From assembly GCA_964645535.1 (NCBI GenBank), contig CAZYCQ010000020.1, positions 1-16,332 of the forward strand: a stretch of 16,332 nt of DNA, given 5' to 3'. This document shows positions 8,352-15,598 of this stretch, piece by piece. Position numbers and translations under genes: made by a program. The stretch is from an uncultured archaeon (GTDB lineage Archaea > Asgardarchaeota > Heimdallarchaeia > Heimdallarchaeales > Kariarchaeaceae). How positions within the stretch are numbered: position 1 is the first letter of the stretch; each line of letters starts with the position of its first letter. The notes under the pieces were generated by a model that saw only the letters and a list, made by a program, of their open reading frames with translations, was not told where the DNA came from and searched no databases.

Positions 8352-8919
8352 TCGCAAAATAGGAATTCTAAGATTGGATCACCGTGTTTTCAGAGATCAA
8401 AGAATAACCACCCATGTCGGTTTGACAGCCCGTGCCTTTGGATGCACTTCATTTGCCTATACTGGTGAAAAAGATGAAAATCTTGAGGAATCTTTGACTA
8501 AAGTGGCAAAAAGATGGGGTGGGGAACTTGTTGTGAGTTTTGAACAAAGCGCAGTAAAGTACATCAACTCTTGGAATGGACTGGTAGTTCACCTGACGAT
8601 GTATGGTGAGCATCATAAGGAAACCATTGAAACCCTTCACGAATATTCCAATGAGGACATTTTATTGGTTGTTGGAGGTGCCAAGGTTCCTCCAAAAATA
8701 TACGAACTGGCTGATTTCAATACCGCTATAGGACTCCAACCTCATAGTGAAATTGCGGCCATCGGGATTTTTCTCACCGATTTTTTGGGGTCGGATATAC
8801 TTTATAGGAAGATTCCAGGTGCTGAGATTTCCCTAGATTTAGGAACAAAGGGCACGCGGAAAGATGGTTTCAAGAAAGGTCAGAATGTGGGGAAAAAATA
8901 TCAAGAAGGTTTGCAATAA
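8341..8919 (+). CDS. trm56: tRNA (cytidine(56)-2'-O)-methyltransferase, SPOUT family
   Basis: LRLDHRVFRDQRITTHVGLTARAFG, VHLTMYG, VVGGAKVP, QPHSEIAA. ATG 8341/8344 overlaps the pyrH end. Confidence 0.93.
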   Translation: MMNNRKIGILRLDHRVFRDQRITTHVGLTARAFGCTSFAYTGEKDENLEESLTKVAKRWGGELVVSFEQSAVKYINSWNGLVVHLTMYGEHHKETIETLHEYSNEDILLVVGGAKVPPKIYELADFNTAIGLQPHSEIAAIGIFLTDFLGSDILYRKIPGAEISLDLGTKGTRKDGFKKGQNVGKKYQEGLQ

Positions 8920-8935
8920 AAGATTCCTATTCAGA

Positions 8936-8947
8936 TTAATTTATAGG
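8936..8947 (+). promoter_or_regulatory. TATA-like box for the ubiquitin-E1 transcript
   Basis: TTAATTTATA about 25-30 nt upstream of ATG 8971. Confidence 0.4.
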
Positions 8948-8970
8948 GAGAAAAAATCAATAGGGAATCA

Positions 8971-9219
8971 ATGAAAATCGAAGTAGTTTCTGCAATAGGT
9001 GGAGGAGCCCCCATTGTGCTTGATGTAGATCCACATGATACTGTTTCTAAAGTGAAGATGCAGGTAGCAAAGCAGAAAAGAATACCTGCTAGCACCGTAA
9101 TTGTAGTCTTTCGTGGTCAACAGCTTGACGATAGTGATACAATTAAATCAATAGGCATGGTCGATGGAGATAAATGTTATTTAATAACACGTACTGAAGG
9201 TGGATATGGGAATTTCTGA
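8971..9219 (+). CDS. Archaeal eukaryote-like ubiquitin precursor (78-aa mature protein ending TEGG plus YGNF propeptide)
   Basis: Beta-grasp pattern MKIEV...LDVDPHDTV..VK...IP...FRGQQLDD..T...LITRTEGG; closely resembles Caldiarchaeum subterraneum ubiquitin as recalled (MKIKIVPAVGGGSP...LITRTVGG plus tail). Confidence 0.93.
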   Translation: MKIEVVSAIGGGAPIVLDVDPHDTVSKVKMQVAKQKRIPASTVIVVFRGQQLDDSDTIKSIGMVDGDKCYLITRTEGGYGNF

Positions 9220-10207
9220 AGAAGAAGATCGGTATCATAGACAGAAATTGATTCCTGAATGGGATCACGAGAAATTTTCGCAGGCACATGTTTTGATTCT
9301 CGGCGTAGGAGCCTTAGGTACTTTTGTTTCAACAAATTTGACCTTGGCTGGAATTGGTAAGGTTACCTTGGTTGATTATGACACCATTGAACTATCTAAT
9401 CTCAATCGACAACTCCTTTTTTCTCCGGAAGACGTTGGAAAAAATAAGGCCAAAGTTGCAGCACAAAAATTGAAAATGCTCAATCCCGACGTGGAAATTA
9501 AGGCTTTTCCACATGATATGCAAAAACTTTCGAAAATGGATCTCCAAGATGTCACTGTCATTGCAGCATGTCTAGATACCTTTAGAGGGAGAAGATGGGC
9601 AAATTCCTTGGCGGTTCGTGAAAAACTTCCGCTTGTTTCTGGTGGAATGTTCGGTTTTTTGGGAAATGTACAGACAATCATCCCCTATAAAACACCCTGC
9701 TTTGAATGTCAGCCTTTAATTTCCCAAGAAAAGCTTTCACAGGCCTGTACTCCTCTAGGTGAAACAAGAAAGAAGATTGAATTGGAAAAGGATGAACCCC
9801 CTATTCCTTCAGTTTCTACGTTGTCTTCAATTGTTGGGGGATTGATGTCCCAAGAACTCATTAAGCTGATCATGAATATCGGAACTCCTCTTCAGAATTA
9901 TCTCTTCATTGATGGGCTTCATAGTTCCTTTACTATCCTCCCCCTGAAGAAAAATGATGATTGTCCAATGTGCGGAACCAAATTTACGGTGCAGACACAG
10001 GAGATTCTTGCATTTCCCAACGAACCGATTAAAGAATTCAAGCACAGGATTGCCTTGGCCTTAGGTCTAGCAGATCCCACTTTGATGTCCAAAGGCAAGA
10101 TCCTTAGACCAGAACAAAAGCTCGAATTGAATGAAGGGGAAAAAATCTTTGTTTCAGATGAAAGACTTGCCAAACCAATTGCCCTGAAAATAAAGTACGA
10201 GAAATGA
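9206..10207 (+). CDS. Ubiquitin-activating enzyme E1 (ThiF/MoeB/E1 fold, UBA3/UBA2-like) with C-terminal ubiquitin-fold domain
   Basis: RYHRQ, GVGALG, DYDTIELSNLNRQLLF, CLD, TPCFEC and CPMC Zn sites, candidate catalytic Cys in QACT, extra ~75-aa C-terminal domain. Start ATG 9206 (or GTG 9200) overlaps the Ub gene. Confidence 0.92.
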   Translation: MGISEEEDRYHRQKLIPEWDHEKFSQAHVLILGVGALGTFVSTNLTLAGIGKVTLVDYDTIELSNLNRQLLFSPEDVGKNKAKVAAQKLKMLNPDVEIKAFPHDMQKLSKMDLQDVTVIAACLDTFRGRRWANSLAVREKLPLVSGGMFGFLGNVQTIIPYKTPCFECQPLISQEKLSQACTPLGETRKKIELEKDEPPIPSVSTLSSIVGGLMSQELIKLIMNIGTPLQNYLFIDGLHSSFTILPLKKNDDCPMCGTKFTVQTQEILAFPNEPIKEFKHRIALALGLADPTLMSKGKILRPEQKLELNEGEKIFVSDERLAKPIALKIKYEK

Positions 10208-10211
10208 ATGA

Positions 10212-10255
10212 TTCAATCGATGTTCATCGATATCAATTTCATCGATTTTGCGATA
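10212..10255. repeat. Three TTC(A)ATCGAT direct repeats with palindromic ATCGAT cores, plus a partial CGATA
   Basis: ATCGAT at 10216, 10226 and 10241 in the intergenic gap. Confidence 0.6.
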
Positions 10256-10334
10256 CCTCTTGGAAAAGGATCGGAATCCTTTTTAGATTGTAAACAATGT
10301 AATTTTCTGAAATATCGTTTTATGGTGCTAGCCA

Positions 10335-10823
10335 ATGTCCAAATCTACTTTCAACCCTGCAAGAAAAGGTCCCGTCAAAGTCTGGTCTGGTTACAGGAAT
10401 CTTCGGGTTCCACTCGAACTATTTGATGATGTAAGAAAATATCTTGAACAGAGAAAAATCGAATATCTTGGTGGAACCGTTGGTGCATTAATCACAAGTT
10501 CAGAAGAGGAAAATCGGATTGAGGAATTGACCAAGAGAGTTCAGAAGCTTGAAGCTTTGGTCAACAAATTGATGTCTTCAAATATTTCTTCAGAAGAAAT
10601 AAAACAACCTAAAACACAGAAATTAACCTCAAAAGAGAGATTATTCTCCTTCCTCAAAGAACATGCTGGCGAAAGGTATTCTACAGTTCAACTTGCAAGA
10701 ATTTTGGAACTTCCTGATGCAACCTGTCGTCAATCTGCAAGAGAGCTTGCTGAAACAGATCCCAATATTCATCAAATCCCTGGAAGACCCAATAAATACT
10801 ATTATTCAACCAATCAGGCCTGA
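10335..10823 (+). CDS. Putative DNA-binding protein: RHH-like N-terminus, coiled coil, C-terminal winged helix
   Basis: YRNLRVPLELFDDVRKYLE (ribbon-helix-like), RIEELTKRVQKLEALVNKL (heptads), KERLFSFLKEH...STVQLARILEL...GRPNKYYY (wHTH). Confidence 0.65.
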   Translation: MSKSTFNPARKGPVKVWSGYRNLRVPLELFDDVRKYLEQRKIEYLGGTVGALITSSEEENRIEELTKRVQKLEALVNKLMSSNISSEEIKQPKTQKLTSKERLFSFLKEHAGERYSTVQLARILELPDATCRQSARELAETDPNIHQIPGRPNKYYYSTNQA

Positions 10824-10829
10824 TATCTT

Positions 10830-11678
10830 TCAAGCCAAGGATCGAGAAATTAATTGTGTTGCCCACTCTTCGACCTTCTTATTTTCTTCTATGACAAATT
10901 CCTGTCCTATCCTTGCAGATCTGAATGTACCATCACTATTCCATGATTTTGGGGAATGATAGGTGATTCTTAGTTTTTTGAAAAAATCTGGTAATTTCCA
11001 GATTGATCGGCTTTTTTTCTTTTCAGTTAGAATGAGATCTTCGTTAAAGGACAATACCCCTCCTCCACTTAGGTTAGAATTCCAACTTGTGTTGCTTCTT
11101 GCCACATATATTGCATTGGTTTTGTTTGAAACACGATTTGGATTTGCAACATGGGGATGATATTTCATCCAGATTGGAACATCTGATGAATTGATGGTTT
11201 TCACAATCTTGTCTACTTGCAAATAGCCATAAATTATGTGAAGATCCGGTGAGTTCGGCTTATATCTTAATCTATCACCAACCCATTCAGTTTCCTTGAA
11301 CCACCCAAAAAAAAGAAAAAGGTCTCCCTTACCAATTGATTGGTTTTCAAGATGTCTTTGGGCTTGCCCAATTTGTCCAAAAATCGGTTTCCATCCTACA
11401 TGTCTAGGATAGACGAATTGCTCCAAATCTGGATCTAGATGACATTCAATATTCCTATCAAGCAATACTTTCCCAAAATTAGGGATGTTGATGTGTTCTT
11501 TCAGAAATTTCATAATTTCCAGAAAACTTTTCCCTAACTTTGTTCTAAGTTGAGCATAGGTTATTCTATCGCCAAAATGAGGGATGGGAAAGGAGATCAA
11601 GCTTCCGTCTGGAAGAATAAGGCTTGGAAATCCTCCATATGCTGAATCAAAACCTTTTCTGCTTAGAATGACTTTCAT
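10830..11678 (-). CDS. Nucleotide modification associated domain 3 (Nmad3) protein
   Basis: MKVILSRKGFDS..GG.PS, FPIP, CHLDPDL, FGQ, GDLFLFFGWF, HIIYGYLQV, HPH signature. ATG 11678 preferred over TTG 11696. Confidence 0.82.
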   Translation of the reverse strand: MKVILSRKGFDSAYGGFPSLILPDGSLISFPIPHFGDRITYAQLRTKLGKSFLEIMKFLKEHINIPNFGKVLLDRNIECHLDPDLEQFVYPRHVGWKPIFGQIGQAQRHLENQSIGKGDLFLFFGWFKETEWVGDRLRYKPNSPDLHIIYGYLQVDKIVKTINSSDVPIWMKYHPHVANPNRVSNKTNAIYVARSNTSWNSNLSGGGVLSFNEDLILTEKKKSRSIWKLPDFFKKLRITYHSPKSWNSDGTFRSARIGQEFVIEENKKVEEWATQLISRSLA

Positions 11679-11702
11679 GGTATTACCCTTAAACAAGCTC
11701 TT

Positions 11703-12959
11703 TTAGAGATTTTCCAGTTCCTGTCTGAAAATGTTGTAGAACCTGAATACCTCTTGATAAGAATTGTAGAGAGGCACTGGTGCCACTCTAATTACGTCCG
11801 GCTCTCTCCAATCGCAGATAATTCCCCTCTTGGTGATCGCTTTGAAAAGCTCCTTTCCTCGTTCCTTGATATGGATACTCACTTGACACCCACGTTGATT
11901 GGGATCTCTTGGAGTGATATAGATTCGATCATCATCTATCTTATCCAGCAAAAATACAAGATATCCCGTCAGGGTTACACTTTTTCTTCTTAATTTTTCC
12001 ATCCCAATCTCTTTTATCATTCCAATCGAAGACTTCAATGGTACCAAAGAAAGAATTGGGACATTTGATATTTGCCAGGCCTCTGCACCATACGCAGTTT
12101 CCATTTCTTCTCTCATCAGAAATCGTGTTTCCTTTTTATTGCCCCACCATCCTTCAAACCTTGGTAAGTTTTCCTCAAAATGTTTTTCATGAACAAATGC
12201 CCCTGCAATGGCTCCGGGTCCACCATTTCCATATTTGTAGTTGCACCAGACTGCAAAATCAACTTCCCATTCATGAAGATTCAAAGGAATATTTGCAAAT
12301 GCATGTGCTAAATCAAATCCCACAATTGCCCCAACCTCATGACCTTTCTTTGTAATCTGTTCCATGTCAAAAATTTGACCAGAGTAGTAATTAATTCCAC
12401 CAATAAGGATAAGTGCAAGTTCATCCCCTAGTTCCTCAATTCTCCGTAGGACAGTTGCCGTATCAATTTCCTCATCGGTTTCCCCGACAATCTCTAGCGT
12501 TTCTTTAGGATCAAATCCATGAAATCTAATCTGAGATTTAATGGCATAGATATCGCTTGGAAAGGCATTTCTTTCAATAAGTATCTTATATCGTTTTGAT
12601 GTGGGACGATAAAATGAAACCAACATGAGATGTAAATTTACTGTCAAGGTATTCATGATGGTCACTTCTTCTTTTTTTGCTCCAACAATTGGTGCACTCA
12701 TTTCAGCGATCTTTTCATGGATTGTTGTCCATGTTGTATCGTGAAAGTGACCTTCAACACCATTTCTAGCCCATGAATCCAGTTCCCTTTGAACAAGTTG
12801 CGGAACATCTTTTGGTTGAAGTCCCAATGAGTTTCCACAAAAGTAAATTGCAGGCTCTCCATTTTCAGTTATTGGATGGTAGAATTTCTCCTTATATGGC
12901 TTTAGCTCATCGTTTTCATCCATTTTTTTTGGAAATTCCTCACTTATCTCATAGTGCAT
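11703..12959 (-). CDS. kynU: Kynureninase (PLP-dependent; eukaryote/Bacteroidota-like)
   Basis: YFCGNSLGLQP, MNTLTVNLHL..VSFYRPT, AFPSD, DLAHA, WCNYKY (PLP lysine), GWWG, DWREPDVIRVAPVPLYN. ATG 12959 preferred over TTG 12971. Confidence 0.96.
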   Translation of the reverse strand: MHYEISEEFPKKMDENDELKPYKEKFYHPITENGEPAIYFCGNSLGLQPKDVPQLVQRELDSWARNGVEGHFHDTTWTTIHEKIAEMSAPIVGAKKEEVTIMNTLTVNLHLMLVSFYRPTSKRYKILIERNAFPSDIYAIKSQIRFHGFDPKETLEIVGETDEEIDTATVLRRIEELGDELALILIGGINYYSGQIFDMEQITKKGHEVGAIVGFDLAHAFANIPLNLHEWEVDFAVWCNYKYGNGGPGAIAGAFVHEKHFEENLPRFEGWWGNKKETRFLMREEMETAYGAEAWQISNVPILSLVPLKSSIGMIKEIGMEKLRRKSVTLTGYLVFLLDKIDDDRIYITPRDPNQRGCQVSIHIKERGKELFKAITKRGIICDWREPDVIRVAPVPLYNSYQEVFRFYNIFRQELENL

Positions 12960-13084
12960 GATTATTCTCAAAAAGTCATAACTTAAACCCTCTTCTTTCC
13001 AATTCTCTGCTCGACAAATTCGTAGCCTAAAATTTTTTACGTTTCCAACAAAAGTTCTATTAATAAAAGAATTCAGAAAATGGT

Positions 13085-14449
13085 ATGGCTAAACGGAATC
13101 GCGCGGTGAGGGATCCTATCCACAATTACATCCACCTTTCATTGCCAGAAAGTGCGTTGATAGATTCTCCTTTCTTACAGAGACTTCGATGGGTTTCCCA
13201 ACTCAGTGGTGTCAAGTTGGTTTTTCCTGGAGGCACACATAATCGCCTGCCTCATGTGATGGGTGTTATGCATCTTGCAGGGGAGTATGCATCACATATT
13301 TTTGCAGATCTCAAGAAAAGTGAAAGAGAGCATAAAACACAGTTGGCTCGTCTTGCAGGTTTATTACATGATGTAGCTCATGGTGCATTTAGTCATGCAT
13401 ACGATGACACGGTATATCGTGCCCTATACCCTGGAAATCCCCATGGACATGATACTCATAGGTACAAACTCATCAAATCAGATTATCTTAAACCGCTTAT
13501 CCAAGCATGTGGTGTGGAACCTGAAGAAATCATAGACCTTTGGGAAGGAAAGGACACCGTCCTGCAAGCCATTGTTCAAGGTGCTTTAGGTGCAGATCGC
13601 ATGGATTTCATGCTCCGTGACTCGTATTATGCAGGTACTACCCATTTTGGAACTGTGGCCTCAACCAGAATCATAAGCAGTACCCATGTCAAAGAACATG
13701 ACGGGGCTCTTGCTCTTCATTATGATGTGAAAGTACTTGATGATATCTTTCAAGCCCTTCTTGGACGATTTTACATGTATCGTGGTGTTTATTTCCACAA
13801 GGCCAGTTCCGCTGCTGATATCATGATTCGACATATGCTCGCAGCTGCAATGAAACCGCTGCAGCTTCCTGAACGAACTGCCGATTTTGAACAATTTCAG
13901 TATATCAATGATTACACCGTAGTAGGGGAAATCATGACCTCTCAAGCTGAAGGGATTGAAGAGGCAAGAGAATATTGTACTAGGCTACTGCAACGGAAAC
14001 TTCCCAAACTGATATGGGAAACCATTGTCTCAGAAAGTGTGGTTCGTACAGTTAATACTGATATTGAGAAGGGATCAAAGATCATTGCACAATCCCAATT
14101 CCTTGACAAGCTTGAGGAAGAGGCGGAAAGACTGGGTAAACCCATGCCTCGAACCTATATTTTCAACACTTATCCAATGAGTACAATTGATCATGATGAG
14201 TTTAATGCAGGGAACATCTTCATTTGGGACGAAAAAGAACGGCTTGTTCCAGGAAAGAAATCGATCACTTTTGAGGAAGCAATTCGATCCACAAACTACT
14301 TCAAGCCTTTCCTTGTTGATATGGAAGATCGCCAAAGATATATCATGATCCGTGTTTATGCGGATCCAGAGGATGCAAAGTGGATAAGAAAATTAAAGAT
14401 TGGCATTCCCCCTCCCAAGCAACCTAACCTTGCAGAAACAAGTTATTAG
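13085..14449 (+). CDS. HD-superfamily phosphohydrolase, SAMHD1/COG1078-like (putative dNTP triphosphohydrolase)
   Basis: RDPIHNYI, QRLR..SQL, FPGGTHNR..H, LLHDVAHGAFSH, ADRMDFMLRDS, R..MY..VYFHK. Confidence 0.9.
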   Translation: MAKRNRAVRDPIHNYIHLSLPESALIDSPFLQRLRWVSQLSGVKLVFPGGTHNRLPHVMGVMHLAGEYASHIFADLKKSEREHKTQLARLAGLLHDVAHGAFSHAYDDTVYRALYPGNPHGHDTHRYKLIKSDYLKPLIQACGVEPEEIIDLWEGKDTVLQAIVQGALGADRMDFMLRDSYYAGTTHFGTVASTRIISSTHVKEHDGALALHYDVKVLDDIFQALLGRFYMYRGVYFHKASSAADIMIRHMLAAAMKPLQLPERTADFEQFQYINDYTVVGEIMTSQAEGIEEAREYCTRLLQRKLPKLIWETIVSESVVRTVNTDIEKGSKIIAQSQFLDKLEEEAERLGKPMPRTYIFNTYPMSTIDHDEFNAGNIFIWDEKERLVPGKKSITFEEAIRSTNYFKPFLVDMEDRQRYIMIRVYADPEDAKWIRKLKIGIPPPKQPNLAETSY

Positions 14450-15471
14450 GTAAGCTTAGATGGATTCAAATTCAACCAATCAAACGCGTTTTTTCCAAGA
14501 AGTTTCCTTTTGACATGATCTGGATATGAACTATTGTCGATGATACTTCCTGCATCAATATCCCCTGATGGAAACGGGTAATCCGTACCTAAACAAATTC
14601 TATCCTCTCCAAAGGTGCTGGTTAGAAATTCCAGATTTCTTTGACTGATTGCCAAAGAATCGACCCAAAAATGACCAATGTATTTTCTGGGACTTTCTAT
14701 GCCTACTAAGTTCTGCAAATCAGGTCTGCCTTTTAGTACATGGTCAATCCAGTCAATTATCAAAGAAAAACTTCCCCCTCCATGAGAAAAAGCAACCCTC
14801 AGTTTTGGAAATTTTTCAAAAATGCCTCCTAAGGAAAGAGACAATATTGTACGGGCAATTTCTTCAGGGACTCCGATTATTTGTTCAATAATTCCTTTAT
14901 TTTGGGATTCTTCAAAAGGAGTATTTGTGGGATGAATAAAAACAGCCGCTCCAAGTTGTTCTATCCTCTCGAATATCTGATGAAAATCTGGATGATTAAG
15001 ACTTTTAGTTTCAACATGTGATCCCAAAATTACTCCCGCCAGTTCCAATTCCTTAATTATTCTGTCCAGTTCTTCAAGTGCCAATTCAGGATCTTGCAAT
15101 GGAAGTGTGCCCAAGCCAAGAAACCTTTCTGGATAATCATTAACGTATTCTGCAAGATTGTCGTTCAAGAATCTGGCAATTTCCAATCCATCTTCAGGCT
15201 TTGCCCAATAACAAAATGCCTGTGGAATTGTACTCAATACCTCAAAATTGATCCCCCTTTCTTTACCTTCATTAATTCTTGTAGGTGCATCAAATAAGTT
15301 TGGAGCGATTGTCTTAAAGTGCCTATTCCCTCTATTCAAATTATAATTTGAATCAACTCTTGGTTCAACTGCAAGAAACGATCCATAACCGAATTCCTTT
15401 GAAAATTTTGGGAATTTTGGTGGCAGGATATGGGTATGGATATCGACCACAAATGGATCTTCAATCATCAT
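14446..15471 (-). CDS. Amidohydrolase_2 protein, ACMSD (aminocarboxymuconate-semialdehyde decarboxylase) homologue with divergent active site
   Basis: DIHTHILP, FGYG, LSTIP...YWAKPED, RFLGLGTLPLQ, FIHP, GGIFEKFPKL...HGGG, RPDL, LGTDYPFP are colinear with human ACMSD. Stop overlaps the HD gene stop (TTAG). Confidence 0.85.
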   Translation of the reverse strand: MMIEDPFVVDIHTHILPPKFPKFSKEFGYGSFLAVEPRVDSNYNLNRGNRHFKTIAPNLFDAPTRINEGKERGINFEVLSTIPQAFCYWAKPEDGLEIARFLNDNLAEYVNDYPERFLGLGTLPLQDPELALEELDRIIKELELAGVILGSHVETKSLNHPDFHQIFERIEQLGAAVFIHPTNTPFEESQNKGIIEQIIGVPEEIARTILSLSLGGIFEKFPKLRVAFSHGGGSFSLIIDWIDHVLKGRPDLQNLVGIESPRKYIGHFWVDSLAISQRNLEFLTSTFGEDRICLGTDYPFPSGDIDAGSIIDNSSYPDHVKRKLLGKNAFDWLNLNPSKLT

Positions 15472-15598
15472 ATCCTAAGAATAAATTAATTGGAATTTTT
15501 TTAATCTCTTTTCAATCTGCCAAACTAATTCGAATGATTTGAACAATTGCCAACAAGTTTAACAATTCAAAAAGCGGAATCAACATTAAGTGGGAACA

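Noticed and set aside
8971-10207. ThiS/MoaD-ThiF/MoeB sulfur-carrier pair
   Set aside because: The Ubl matches ubiquitin-type rather than MoaD/SAMP patterns, and the E1 has UBA3-like motifs and a C-terminal extension; no thiamine or Moco genes are nearby.
10208-10260. CRISPR array or a real 72-aa ORF (10208..10426)
   Set aside because: The repeats are only 9-10 bp with no spacers or cas genes; the ORF overlaps the better-supported 10335 gene and has no protein-like features.
10620-10810. Z-alpha (Z-DNA-binding) domain
   Set aside because: Overall wHTH spacing is similar, but the diagnostic Asn, Tyr and Trp residues are absent.
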